From Octopus sinensis (lineage: Eukaryota), in the NCBI RefSeq assembly GCF_006345805.1, contig NW_021824954.1:310001-374000 (forward strand): DNA of 64,000 nucleotides, read 5' to 3'. The position numbers were made by a program, and so were the translations under genes. Below are positions 1 through 13,440 of this stretch, one piece after another (position 1 is the stretch's first letter; every line of letters begins with the position of its first letter). The notes beneath the pieces are model-generated. The model searched no databases. It had not been told where the DNA came from and worked only from the letters and a program-made list of their open reading frames with translations.

Positions 1-2
1 GT

Positions 3-161
3 TTTTTCATAACTTGCTTTTATGTGTTTTCTACATGGACTTATAAATCCCAATACCAAGATAGCAAGGCTGCTGTTGAAAAACTAACTTGTAATCTATG
101 TGGAATGACTTGTAATTCCCTTGCAGACCTTAAGAACCACATGAGACGTCATCTGCAATAA
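3..161 (+). CDS. Partial (5'-open) coding exon ending in a single C2H2 zinc finger; probable 3' end of a gene that starts upstream of the window
   Basis: Frame 3 is open from the window edge to TAA at 159-161 and reads FFITCFYVFSTWTYKSQYQDSKAAVEKLTCNLCGMTCNSLADLKNHMRRHLQ*. This gives C-x2-C-x12-H-x3-H with the conserved Leu. An AATAAA lies near 538. Confidence 0.6.
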   Translation, partial: FFITCFYVFSTWTYKSQYQDSKAAVEKLTCNLCGMTCNSLADLKNHMRRHLQ

Positions 162-242
162 GGAAACCAAATGTATGGTGATTCATCGAATGAAATGATT
201 ATAAGAAGTGGTCCTACTATTCGGTCACGAATTGACTTCCGC

Positions 243-251
243 TGTGTGTGT

Positions 252-296
<45 letters not shown>

Positions 297-350
297 TGTG
301 TGCGTGCGCGCGAGCGCACGCGTCTGTGTGTCTATGCGTGTGTATGTATA
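243..350. repeat. (GT)n/(GC)n alternating purine-pyrimidine microsatellite
   Basis: Direct reading of the sequence. Confidence 0.95.
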
Positions 351-674
351 CAGCAAACTCCCTCTTATCCGATAACTGGAATTATCAATCAAAATGAAAA
401 TATAGGAAAATGTGTTGTTAATTAGAGTCAAGCGAATTTGTTTTAATTAATTGTCATTGAATGAAAGTTTCTACCATATCTAAAATGGATCGTTGCTTCT
501 CAGTATAGTATTTTATTTTACTGGAATATTATTTGATAAATAAAACTTGTTTCTTACTTAAATTATGCATTTATTTCTTTCTGTTTGGTTTCTAGTGTAT
601 TCGTTAATGAATAATAATTATGTATATATAGAGTTTAAATGAATTTTGAAGGTGCTATCGCAATTTAAAAAGAC

Positions 675-1095
675 GAACATTACAACTCAGGCGTTTTTAT
701 TTTTAAAAAGGTAAGAAAGTGGCGGAAACCAGCAGGAAGATATGCGCTGTATACGGAAAGGATGTTTTTAGGGAACTAGTGTGCCAGAAGTGGTTGTCAT
801 AATTTCGATCGGGAAAAGTTTTCAGTTCATGATGCACCTTGTTCTGGCTGATTAACTGACATTAACGGCAATTCTCTTTATACGACCACGATAATCAGAT
901 ATTCCCCAGATATTCAAATCGAGCGCTGAAAACCATCTGCATCTATTTCATTAATTATGTCACTAGGCTTGATGTTTGGGCCCACATCAACTAAATAGGT
1001 TAACATTGTCCAACGGATTTTCGCCTGCGATTCGTTACAGATAACTTTTATGCGATACCTTTTATGAAGACAGTGGTGAAGGGGACGAAAAATGT
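675..1095 (+). mobile_element. Degenerate mariner transposase N-terminal fragment
   Basis: Broken frames give KGKKVAETSRKICAVYGKDVFRELVCQKW (HTH), RLDVW (WVPHEL-like) and PFMKTVVKGDEKC (first catalytic D, TGDEKW motif). It is truncated by a (TA)n tract. Confidence 0.75.
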
Positions 1096-1154
1096 AATAT
1101 ATATATTCATATAAAAGCTTTTTTATATATGAATATATATATATATATATATAT

Positions 1155-1224
<70 letters not shown>

Positions 1225-1289
1225 TATAAAAGCTTTTGTAAAAGTTTCTTGATTCAGTCATAATAATTAAAGAAAGCTTTTTAAAAAGT

Positions 1290-2760
1290 GATTAATTATT
1301 AAAAAAAGTATTTGACGGAATGTCACTGATCGTTGTGGGAGAATTTTGTATGTAGTGCGTATTTTGTGTCTAACTGCTTTTGTTGTTCAGCTTTTCAAGC
1401 ACACGTGTTCTGGCTAATGCGTGTAGAGGAAGTTGCTTTTAGTAATGGTGATGACTTTCCTGTTTAATCTTGTATTTAGAATACATTTAAAATATCCTTC
1501 TTTTGGTTTTCACAGTTGGTAATTTTCGTTTGACCGCATGTAAGATGTTGTGGTTCCTAGGATTATGGGCGATTACATATGGGTTATTATATTTATATTT
1601 TCGTTTTCATTCTGAGTGTGAGTGTTTCTCTTGGCTATGGCATGATTTATTAGCATTTTGAGGTGATTCTCTTTTATAGGGAATATGTTTAGTTCTACAA
1701 GTCGTTTTTCTCGTTTGTGTCTATAACTATTGTGCAAATAAGTTTTGCTATATTGAATGTTATGTTCCTTTTTGTATGGGAAAGGCGGTAAGATCTAAAA
1801 TCTAAATATCGGTGTATGTCTGTGTCATTTCTGTAGAGATCGGTTGTAACTGTCATATTTTCTTTAATTATCAGAATGTCCAGAAAAGAGAGTTCTCTTT
1901 CATTCATTTCCTTCATTCATTTCATTCATGAATGCTGGTTATTAATTTTAAAAATCTTGCAAGTCCTCTTTGCTTTTGTTTAAAAAAATGAGGCGATCAT
2001 CCAAGAATCTTTTCCAGCACGCTAATAAGAAGGTTAGGAAATGATGGTCAAAAGTAATTCTAGAAAAGGTATAAATATTTTCTTTCAGATATCCTATTAC
2101 TAGTGTCGCAAGCGTAGGTACGACTTTCGTACTCATAGCTGTGCCTTGTATTTATAAGCAATGTTACTTGTTAAAGAAGTAGTTGCTTTCCAGTAATAAC
2201 CACAATCCTTCAAGTATAAACTCTTTTTGGAGTCTTTTTTGAATTGCTTGTGGTATTTGTCTATTCAGTATCCTATTGTTTCTAATCCTAACCCATGGGA
2301 GATATTTGTGTGGAGACTAGTTACGTCAACACTAATGAGGGTCATCTTTTTGTCTACTTTTTCTGGAATGTGGTTTAGGAGGTCTATGTCATCTCTGATG
2401 AAACGAGGAACCAATTTTTAGAAAGGTTTCAAGTTGCTTAATTGTTGGGTGTTAGATGTTGTTCCTACAACGATAGGACGTAATTTTAGTTCAGATGGTT
2501 TAGGAATCTTTACAAATTGATTTCTTTAGATTTATGAATTTTTAGAAGTCCATAAAAATTACTTGTTTACCACAAAGTTAGTGAAATAGTCCAAATCCAT
2601 TTTCATGAAGTAACTTTTGAATCTGTTCATTAATTTACCAACTTTACGTACTGTTCGTAAACGAACGAACAATGAGTAAAATTGGTTTGCACTAGTTTTT
2701 AAAGTCATTACAATGGGTCCTCGTTTTGTCGGCTTCTTTAATGACTATAGAGAAATCTTT
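1290..2760 (-). mobile_element. Degenerate Penelope-like element reverse transcriptase
   Basis: Minus-strand peptides KLRPIVVG, TLISVDVTSL, STKVVPTLATLVIGYL, WKRFLDD, LSFLDILI and TDLYRNDTDIHRYLDFRS match PLE RT palm and thumb motifs. Many stops and frameshifts. Confidence 0.85.
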
Positions 2761-2814
2761 CTGTAGGCATTCCAATGCTTTTTATTTGGTTTTATATGCA
2801 TATTTATGCGTGTG

Positions 2815-2912
2815 TATATAAACAAACACACACGCACGCATACACACACACACACACACACACACACAACACACACACACACACAAAAGCATATACATAT
2901 ACATATACATAT

Positions 2913-2947
<35 letters not shown>

Positions 2948-2948
2948 C

Positions 2949-3035
<87 letters not shown>
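2815..3035. repeat. Compound (CA)n/(TA)n microsatellite
   Basis: Direct reading; explains ORFs 2775-3117. Confidence 0.95.
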
Positions 3036-3038
<3 letters not shown>

Positions 3039-3049
3039 TGTTTATATTA

Positions 3050-3430
3050 GCTTGCTTACCAGCCGCATGGTTCCAGGTTCATTCCCACTGCGTGGCACCT
3101 TGTGTCTTCTACTATAGCCTTGGGCCGACCAAAGCCTTGTGAGTTGATTTGGTAGACGGAAACTGAAAGAAGTCCGTCGTATTTATGTATATGTATATGT
3201 GTGTATATGTTTGTGTGTCTGTGTTTGTCCCCCAACATTGCTTGACAACCCATGGTGGTGTGTTTACGTCCCCGTAACTTAGCGGTTCCGCAAACGAGAC
3301 CGATAGAATAAGTAATAGGCTTCCAAAGAATAAGTCCTAGGGTCGATTTGCTCGACTAAAGGCGGTGATCCAGTATGGCCGCAGTCAAATGACTGAAAAA
3401 GTAAAAGAGAAAAAGAGAAAGAGAAAGAGA
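3050..3430 (+). mobile_element. tRNA-derived SINE, family A (abundant octopus-type SINE with internal TA/TG tract)
   Basis: B-box-like GGTTCCAGGTTCATTCCC, body ACTATAGCC..GGCCGACCAAAGCCTTGTGAG, tail GGCGGTGATCCAGTATGGCCGCAGTCAAATGACTGAAA. At least six other copies in the window. Confidence 0.85.
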
Positions 3431-3462
3431 ATATACTTATATATATTTATACATATTTATGT

Positions 3463-3860
3463 ATTCTTTTATTCTGTTACTTGTTTCAGTTATTTGACTG
3501 CGGCCATGCTGGAGCACCATCTTTAGACGAGCAAATCGACCCCAGAACTTATTCTTTGTAAGCGTAGTACTTATTCTATCGGTATCTTTTGTCGAACCGC
3601 TAAGTTACGGGGACGTAAACCCACCACCATCGGTCGCCAAGTGATGTTGGGGAACAAACATAGACACACAAACATATACACACACATACACATACATATA
3701 TACGACAGGCTTCTTTCAGTGTCCGTCTACCAAATCCACTCACAAGGCTTCGGTCGACCCGAGGCTATAGTAGAAGACACTTGTCCAAGGTGCCACCAAG
3801 TGAGACTGAACCAGGAACCATGTGGTTGGTAAGCAAGCTACTTACCACAGAGCCACGCCA
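3463..3860 (-). mobile_element. SINE family A, near full length, inverted relative to 3050-3430
   Basis: Reverse complement of the same head, body and tail. Confidence 0.85.
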
Positions 3861-3880
3861 TGTATATATATCTATATATC

Positions 3881-3935
<55 letters not shown>

Positions 3936-3973
3936 GTATATATATATATTATATATATATAATATATTATATA

Positions 3974-4007
<34 letters not shown>

Positions 4008-4649
4008 ATGTATATATATGTCTATATATACATATATTTATATATGTTTATATATATATATATATAATATAATAGATGCGAAAACTAATTTCTGTGTGTC
4101 ACTGTGTCACACTTAGATTCCATTTCTCACTATCCAATGACACTACTATTATTCCTCATGATGGGGTGAAAGTAATTGTAAGCATAGAGACGGCGAGTGC
4201 GGTGGCAAAGATAGACAGAGAGGGAGATAGAAAGAAAAAGAGAGGGAGAGATAGAGAGACAAGGAAATTTAGGAAGAGTTAATGTGTTTTTAAAAGTAAT
4301 AATGATGATGGTGGCAATGGGAGTAATAATAAAAGAGAGAGAAGGAGTGGGTATCTGAGAGAATGAGGGATATAATGTCCAACTTTGTTTAACCATGTCT
4401 CTTTGACAGAAATTTCTGTCGCCAACATACTGAACACTATCATTTTTGTTTTATTTTTTGCTTTCTTTAATACACACCAACACAAAATACACTTTAATTG
4501 AAATATTGTTTCCCCAAAATTAAACATATTTAATATAATAAATGTGAATGTCAGTGTGTCACATTTTTATATGTATGTATATGTGCAGATTTGTATGTTT
4601 TGTTTTATAAAACTATTCTATATTTTATAAAAGTATTCTATATTATTTA

Positions 4650-5400
4650 CATCCGTATACGGCAAACCAACCTTCACTGGACAATACCGCAACTTCAGTT
4701 CTCACCATCCATACAGTATAAAGAGAGAGATTGCTCAGTGCCTAAAATATCGAGCAAAGACTATAAGTAGCGATCCTGACACACATCAGGAAGAAATGAT
4801 CAGGCTAAGAAAGAATCTGCTATGCAACAACTATCCACCCCCCAAACAAACAAACAAAATAAAAAAAAAACAAGCTATCCACTCCAATTAGGAAGAGGAG
4901 AGCGGATGAAACTCATAAACTGAACACAGTCTGTCTACCCTATGTCAAAGGCCCCTCAGAAAAGATACAAAAGATATGCGGTCCATATGACGTTAGGACA
5001 GTATTCAGAAGTAATACAACATTTCGCAAATATCTTCGAGTAAAACCACCAATAGAAGAGAATATGACCCCAAACTGCGTGTACTCTATCCCACGCAGTT
5101 GCGGTAGGTTATACAAAGGCGAAACACGCTGCCCTCTTAAAGGGTAGAGGAACATCGTAAAGCTGTGATACGAGATGTGGAAAAATCGGGTATAGCCGAT
5201 CTTGTATGGAAAAGCGGAGACTACCTCCCACTGTGGGATGAAGTTAAAATAATTGATTAAGAACACCTCTGGAAAATCCGAAAATTAAAAGAGGCTGCAC
5301 ATATATACATATACTAGGACACAATAACCTAAGCAGACCTAGTGCAGATATGAATGTAATATGGGAACCAATATTAACAAAAGATAAAATGCTAGGTTTA
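4650..5400 (+). mobile_element. Penelope-like element 3' part: RT thumb, linker and GIY-YIG endonuclease (pseudogenised)
   Basis: SVYGKPTFTGQYRNFSSHHPYSIKR; CLPYVKGPSEKI; NCVYSIPRSCGRLYKGET..RVEEHRKA (GIY-YIG motif); RKLKEAAH. Confidence 0.9.
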
Positions 5401-5429
5401 TAAGTCGTAAAATTCACTTTGTAATTGCC

Positions 5430-5720
5430 CACGGATATATATCGTAGTGGATAAGAACGCGGGCTACTAACTCTCGGATTCTAAGTTCACCCCTAGGTAG
5501 GGACTTGAAAAATAATATTAACTGAAAAATAACATCAGCAACATACATTAGGAATGAGAACAGTGCACCCCATTAGTCAAATAACGGGTTGGATTCTAAA
5601 TTCCTCCAGGATACTTGATGAAGGCTGGAAAGTACATCAGCCGAAGCGTTGTGATAACAACAGACAAGGTGAGGACACCTATCCCTCCATCGTAAATAAT
5701 GTTTTGTTTTATGTATATAT
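5430..5720 (+). mobile_element. Penelope pseudo-LTR remnant with a tRNA-like 5' segment and a degenerate hammerhead motif
   Basis: Directly follows the GIY-YIG ORF. TTGATGA-A-GGCTG..CAGCC-GAAG-CG-TT at 5615-5650. Confidence 0.55.
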
Positions 5721-5769
5721 TTTCATGCATATAATTACATATCTAGACACGTTCGTATATACTTAAATG

Positions 5770-7385
5770 ATAAACTTTTGGAAAGTTTTACAGATTTATA
5801 CAGTTCCAGTGATGGCTTGGCTCTGTAGTCTTCGAATCAGCTTTCTCTTTCTGACATTTAGTGTGTTACATATCTCAGTGCCCCAATAATTACAGGTATA
5901 AACCTGAACTTGTAATTTGGATAGAGTAACTGCAGACTTCTCAATAGTTCAGCATAGGTATTCTCTTCTTCGCTGATCTTTACCTTTATGTTAAACTCCG
6001 TTGATTTCCATAACTGTACACAGTTTCTCTTCTCTATCCTAAATTATTAAACCAGCTCTATTGTGTTTACCTTTTATTGAGGTTTTCACTGGGAGATTCC
6101 ACCAGTGTTTCTTTTTATCATAGCTTCTATTTTACTGAAGACTCTTATTTCTTTGTCCTTGGGACTATTCTTCCGACGGATTTCATTGCATAGTGTCCTA
6201 GCTACAACATCATATCTCATTGGTAGATAATACCTTAATGACATTTTCGGACAATTGCTTACGATGTGGGAGATATCTTCGGTATTAACTCCACAAAGTC
6301 AGCATCGGTTGTCACATTTCATTGCTTTTCCTGCATCTCTATCCTTTATGTGCATCAGGTATTTAGTTGATTGCAAACGCATATCCTTCAAAGTGGGAGA
6401 CTGTAATCTGGTTGTTGGCCCATGATAAACTGCTTTGATGATTAATGTTACTATCATCCCGAAGCTTTCTATTAGCATATCCGTGCATGGTCTTCTGCTC
6501 ATATACGCTCATCCTTTCATCTGATGATATATTGCAGTAGAGTCGTGCGACTTCTTTGGGCATGTATTTAAAGTTATCAGACAAGGACTGCTGCTCAAGG
6601 AATTACCTTCCAAGTCTTATGGTGTTATCAGCCTCATATTTGCAAACTTGGTCAAGAGATGCACTTCGACATTTAATGGTTAAAAGATGTGGCCGAAGGG
6701 ATATGATACGACATTCGAAAGCAGTTTGAATCGATGGAAACCTCTGCTGCTATGCTTTTGATTTAGGTAGAGACGGTCTATGTTATTGTTGATGTGGAAA
6801 TTATGCATGCTTGTTAGTATTTTCCGGGTTCTCACATCAATCACTCAGATCTCATCAAGCGTCCTATCAAGCAGCCCAAACGTTTGTATGAGTACTGGCA
6901 TTGCAAACACATTGTGGGCCAGTTTTATTAAATGCAGAGTTCCGAGGTCCAAATTTTCTTTGTTTGGCTGTAATATTCTTTAGTGACACGTGTTTTGTTA
7001 GAGGTGTCATTGTAAGATATATTTTCATCCATCCCCAGATACCTGTAACATTCCTCAACAGATATAGAGGAAACAGTTAAGTCATTCATGGAGATGTTGC
7101 TAGTCTGGTTTACAGTTTTCATTCTTTTCACAACCATACAGCAACATTTCTCCTGATCAAATTCCAGCCCTATATCCTTTGAGATATATATATTTTGCAT
7201 ATAGTTTCAAGTTATCTGCAAAAAGGCAGTGTGTGATTTTGGTATTTCTTTTTCCTTGTGAACCAGTGAGATATCCTTCAGACTTCTTTAACATGAATGA
7301 CATGTTTACAGAAAATTTAAATATCACAAATATGCCTCTGCGATACTGTATTCTATCAGTGATAATACAGTTACTCCTTGTGTTT
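5770..7385 (-). mobile_element. Degenerate R4/Dong-like non-LTR retrotransposon (RT C-terminus, CCHC knuckle, RLE domain)
   Basis: ITHCLFADNLKLYAK (RT catalytic motif); DIGLEFDQEKC; YRYLG; CDNRC-RLCG..SHIVSNC; RFIPVIIGAL. Confidence 0.8.
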
Positions 7386-7654
7386 AATTTCAAGATGTAT
7401 GTATGTAAGCATGAGGGTGTTTATATATCTATGTATGCGTATACACGCATGTATGGGGCATGCGTGTTTGCGTGACTGTGTATCTATGTGTGAGTATGTT
7501 ATTCATGTGTGTGCTGTTCACATGTGTACTCTTCGTGTGTGTGTGCGCGTATATGATAGAGAATTCAGCGCCACCGAAGCTTCATGAGGTAAAATAGAAA
7601 TATGTACACACACATGTATACACACGCGTGTGCATACATTTTCTTTTCTACTCT

Positions 7655-7850
7655 AAGCACAAGGCCCGAAATTTTTTTTTGGGGGGGCTAGTCGATTAGA
7701 TCGACCCAGTACGCAACTGGTACTTAATTTGAAAGGCAAAGTCGACCTTGGCGGAATTTGAACTCAGAACGTAAAGACAGACGAAATACCGTTAAACATT
7801 TCGCCCGGCGTGCTAATGTTTCTGCCAGCTCGCCGCCTTCCAGTGAGCAT
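7655..7850 (-). mobile_element. SINE family B (head AAGGCGGCGAGCTGGCAGAA..GTTCTGAGTTCAAATTCCGCC)
   Basis: Matches the copies at 9865, 13210, 17342 and 21888. Confidence 0.8.
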
Positions 7851-7909
7851 ACATATTGTATTAGTATATTATTCAAGCGATTAACATATTCCATTACTGG
7901 AGACTTGTG

Positions 7910-8180
7910 AGGAATTTTAGTCGAAGAAATCAACCTCATTCCAAATTATTTGTAAAACCTGATATTTATTGTATCGGTCTCCTTTGCCGAACTGCTAGGT
8001 TACAAGGATGTAAACACACCAACACCGGTTGTCAAGTGGTGGTGGGAGACAAAAACAGACTCAAAGACATCCCCCCGCCACACAAATATATATATGACGA
8101 GCTTCTTTTAGTTTCCGTATATGAAATCCACTTAAAAGGCTTTGGTCGGCCCGAGGCTATAGTAGAAGACACTTGCTTAA
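7910..8180 (-). mobile_element. SINE family A, partial
   Basis: GGCTTTGGTCGGCCCGAGGCTATAGTAGAAGACACTTG and the tail segment. Confidence 0.75.
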
Positions 8181-8659
8181 GGAGAGAAAATAGGCGAAAG
8201 ACTCTGTATCAATACATAACTCTTAGTATGGCTACTTGCATATATTGACAGCAATATCTTGTAAGATACAACTATGTTAAATATAGCTACTGCTGCTGCA
8301 CAACAATGGTATTTGCAGCAATATCAGCATCATCAACGGCAGCTGCAGTTGCTTTAATTCTTGTGGTAACAGTACCAGGCATTGCTGTTTGCAATAGCAA
8401 GTTGAATATTGAAAGATGATTGGACGAGAAGAAAATGAAGTGAAGTGAGAAGAAAAGGTATTAAGAGAATAGAGTATTAGTAGCCTGATCAGCAGCAGGA
8501 ATAGATGAATTTGGAATATGAAAAGGATTAAGAATGTAAAAATGGAGAGGAGTAAGAACGAATAGTTATAGGAGAAGACGATAATAATTACAACAACGAT
8601 GATGATGAAAATAATGATGATCTTAATTAAAACAGCACAACAACAACAACAATGATAAT

Positions 8660-8815
8660 AATCCTTTCTACTATAGGCACAAGGCCTGAAATTTTGAAGG
8701 AGGGAACTCGTCGATTACATATTTTATCAACTCAGAAAGGGATGAAAGGCCAAGTCAGCCTCGGTGGAATTTGAACTCGGAACGTAATGGCAGTCGAAAC
8801 GCCGCTAAGGATAAC
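8660..8815 (-). mobile_element. SINE family B, partial
   Basis: GGAATTTGAACTCGGAACGTAA and tail CCTTTCTACTATAGGCACAAGGCC. Confidence 0.7.
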
Positions 8816-8817
8816 GT

Positions 8818-8939
<122 letters not shown>

Positions 8940-8944
8940 TATGG

Positions 8945-9375
8945 TAATATTTATAGGATTGAGGTAACTCAATCATATGTGTGTATCTGTCTGAGTAACA
9001 ATATGCGTGTGTGAGATTGTGTTTCTCTGTTTCTGGATTTATGTGTGTGTAGGGGTGCATGTGCACGCGTGTGTGATGTATGCTATATGTGTCACAGTGT
9101 GCACGATTTATACGTGACTTATTTGTTCTAGTACATGTAAGTTTGTGTGTAAGTTTGTGTAAGTTTTTGAGTGTATATTTGTTGTACATGTATATATGTA
9201 TATGTAGATATGAATGTATGGTTTGTTTATTTATCAAGCAAACAAAAAAAAAAGAAGAGTGCCATTGTCATCAAGTGAACGATATTTCGATATCTCATGT
9301 GCCGAATGGCACTGTTCTTTTTTTTTTTTGGCTGCTATATCTTCTGGTGGAGTTACCTCAATCCTATAAATATTA
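8945..9375. repeat. 430-bp segment bounded by a perfect 26-bp inverted repeat (MITE-like)
   Basis: TAATATTTATAGGATTGAGGTAACTC (8945-8970) is the exact reverse complement of 9350-9375. Confidence 0.6.
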
Positions 9376-9482
9376 ACCAAAATGAAGTAGATTGACACGT
9401 TTATTTTTTGAACCTGTGGAAGACATACGAGATGTCGAAATATCGTTCACTTGATAACAACGGCACTCCTCTTTTTTTTTGC

Positions 9483-9615
<133 letters not shown>

Positions 9616-9864
9616 TGGATTTAGTTGTAACAACACAATCATCCAGCAACCTCAGCCATGTATATCTAGTATTTTCAGCTTCTTTCTCCACTTCATGAAT
9701 CACTGTTCCTCTGCCATTCATAAGTTCAACGACAGTAGGATCTAGTCACTAACTTACGATTATTCCTCATCAATTTTCATGTACCCGTTTTGGCCTCTCA
9801 ATGGATCGTTGATTTCTTTTTTATCAAGACAGACCTCACCATGAAGTTACGGCGTTAGTAGGTT

Positions 9865-10055
9865 AAAGGTGGCGAGCTGGCAGAGTCGTTAGCACACCGG
9901 GTGAAATGCTTAGCGGTAGTTCGTCTGCTGCTACGTTCTGAGTTCAAATTCCGCCGAGGTCGACTTTGCCTTTCATCCTTTCGGGGTCGATTAAATAAGT
10001 ACCAGTTACGCACTGGGGTGGATATAATCGACTTAATCCGTTTGTCTGTTCCGCT
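9865..10055 (+). mobile_element. SINE family B
   Basis: Head with B-box GAGTTCAAATTCC and body GGGGTCGATTAAATAAGTACCAG. Confidence 0.85.
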
Positions 10056-10713
10056 AAGGATGTAAATTAAACCATTCAAATTGCCTCCCATTCTCTTTGA
10101 GAGTTGCTGACAATTGCCGGAAGCTTTTGTTTTCTTTCTCCAACTAAGAGGGAAATTTGAAGCCATTGAGAAATTTATAAATATGATATTCAACCCTTCA
10201 GTTATTTATACGAATTCATGCTATTGTCTCATTTATTCTCCTTTGTTATTTTCCTTGGCACCAGTGCTTTTACACAGAACTTTTACTGCATACATACACT
10301 CACGCACATATATACAACCATCATAATTACATAAACACAAAGACAAATAAACGAACCATACATTCATTTCTACAAATACATATATACACACACAACAAAT
10401 AAACACTCACAAACTTACACGTACTAAGACAAATAAGTCACGTATAAATCGTGCACACTGTGACACATATAGCATACATCACACACGCGCGGACTTGCAC
10501 CCCCTTCACATACATAGATCCAGAAACAGAGAGACACAATCTCACACACGCATATTGTTACTCAGACAGATATACACATATGATCATACGTACATGTACA
10601 TATAACACAGGTAACTTTCACGCACATAGGGGCCTTAATCTACTATTTATCTTCCTTGTTGCTATGGATTAAGGAAGGATTTAATTTGATAAATAACTTC
10701 CACATCGTTATGG

Positions 10714-10759
<46 letters not shown>

Positions 10760-11025
10760 TCAAGAATCTTGTGCAGACTGTTTCAGAGAAGTGTACAGTA
10801 AGCTGGAATGAGAATTCCGTTTTAATCAATCCGAACAGTTAAGAAACCGTCTTTAAACCCATCAGTGCTTTGTTTATGAGTCTTTGACACTTAACGACCA
10901 GAATTTACTACGACTCACTTTTTTAAATATAGACTTAATACATCATATCTTTATACACTTCATTCGTTTATCTACTCCTTATCAACATCATCTGTACTGG
11001 TTTACCATCTGGTATGTAACGTATG

Positions 11026-11520
<495 letters not shown>

Positions 11521-11539
11521 TATCTATATTTATATCGTT

Positions 11540-13190
11540 ATATTTTGGGACGGTCATATTTTTGTCAATAAACACTCACTATTTATTTGAATAATCGCTT
11601 GAGCTTTCTTATTATTAGTCTATTTGTCAAGCTCTTTCGTCACACATTCTGTGACCTCTTCAACGCCTTTCTCTCCCACGTGTCTCCTTTTCACCCTTTC
11701 TTGACCTGTCTATTCTATTTTGTTTTTCTGTGGTATGTATCACTATCTGCGCATTCGTTTACGTCTCTACCTGTGTGTGTGTGAGTCTATATGTTTAGTA
11801 CGTATGAGTGTGTTTTGTGTGCGTATATATGGATTTGTATATTACAATTTTGTACTTGTGTCTTTATTTATTTATATAGTTACTTATTTACTTTTTTCTT
11901 AGTCCGTCTTTAATGGTCAGGTTGCCTAGTGTGGTGATGTAGGGGTGTTATTACTCCATTCACGTTTTCTGTTGAAGCTCGGTCTATTTTCTATTCTGTG
12001 TGTGGCCTCTGTAATCTGAGTGTCGCGTCTTTTCTATGCGTCGATAAGACCCTAACACGTATATTATCTATCGAGCCTCCATTATCCAATTTAGCATCTT
12101 GGTATAGCGCTGACGATCTTTTCTCCTTAAGTTCTCGCAAGTGTCCATTTATCCTCTTACCTATTTACGCGCTGTCTCGCCAATGTACGTCATTGTCCTG
12201 TTTCCGCACCGTCCTTTGTACACAAACTTTATAGATTACATTCATAGTTTTACAGTTTATTAGTGGGTTTACTGTACACCCCATACATCTCCTATCCGTA
12301 TAGGACTTCTTTTAAATGGGTATGTTCTATGAATTAGGGATTTTATAGGGGGTCCTGGCCTTTCTACTACTGTAATCTGTAGATTTATCTTACCTAAGGA
12401 TTTCTTAAAATGATACGCTAGTTGGCCTCCGGGGGGTAGCATCGATGAACATGACACTGTAGCACTTTTGGTTGTCATACTACGAGCTAGCCTTACCTGT
12501 CTTCCTCTTAGTTCTTTCTATGCTATTCCGAGATGTACTCCTGTATAGCGGATAGATTCCATTTACGTCATTCTCTAAGATGGTCTTGAATTTTGCCATG
12601 GCTCTTTTATACACCCTGATCCTGCTCTTTGGCTGTACCTAGAGAACTGCATGCGGTGGATGAAGTGTTGTATGTGTTTCTAATTCCGTTGGGTCGCATA
12701 TGAGGGAGACGTTTCTCATCATCATTACCAAGTCCGCTATTAGGATATTGAACTTGGTATTATTTGCAATTGCTGCATTCCGGTGGACTAGATATTTGGA
12801 GGTCGTGGGTTTGACATAGTGCGAATGGAAGTTTTGAACTTTGTTATTCTTATTTTTCAGCCAGAGTTCAGTGTCTATAGCAGGTAGACTGTAGTTGGAG
12901 TGCTTATTGGAATAATCTACTGTTACCTTAATACTCTTGTGGATGGAGTTACCTATTTTCTGAATGCCCTCCACGGTACTAGCTTCCATTTCATAGATAT
13001 TGTCTTGTGGAGGTGCTTTTGCTACTCTGTCGATTTTCATCAACGTGCTTAGGGCTATGGAATTCTTTGCTAAGCGTTCTTTGAGTCTCCTATCCCACCA
13101 TAAAGAGGTTGACCACATTGCCTGCAACACTGACATTGATGGAAGCACCCTTTTCTTGGGCTTATATTTTGCTATTGAATTTAGTGTAAC
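11540..13190 (-). mobile_element. Degenerate Penelope-like element (second family): RT thumb, GIY-YIG and pLTR
   Basis: ORF 12639-13148: IHKSIKVTVDY, LPAIDTELW, HYVKPTTSKYLVHRNAAI..KFNILIADLV. Downstream NVIYKVC..TYIGET-like GIY-YIG segment in broken frames. Confidence 0.75.
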
Positions 13191-13209
13191 TTTGGTACTC
13201 GCACCACAT

Positions 13210-13440
13210 GCAGCGAGCTGGCAGAATGTTTAGCACGCAGGGCAAAATGCTTAGCAGCATTTCGTTCGACTTTAAGTTCTGGGTTTAAAATCCGATGGGT
13301 GGACTTTATTTTCAACCTTTCGGGATCGATGAAATAAGTACCAGCTCGTGGGGCTCATGTAATTGACTGGAGTTTGTGTAATCGACTAACCCCCCCCCCA
13401 CCAATTTCTGGCCTTGTGCCTATAGAAGGAAGGATTATTC
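13210..13440 (+). mobile_element. SINE family B
   Basis: GAGCTGGCAGAATGTTTAGCACG head; tail CCTTGTGCCTATAGAAGGAAGGATTATT. Confidence 0.75.

Noticed and set aside
8280-8660. Ala/Gln-rich and purine-rich stretch suggestive of coding sequence
   Set aside because: Degenerate trinucleotide repeats (GCA, GAT, ACA) with stops in all long frames.
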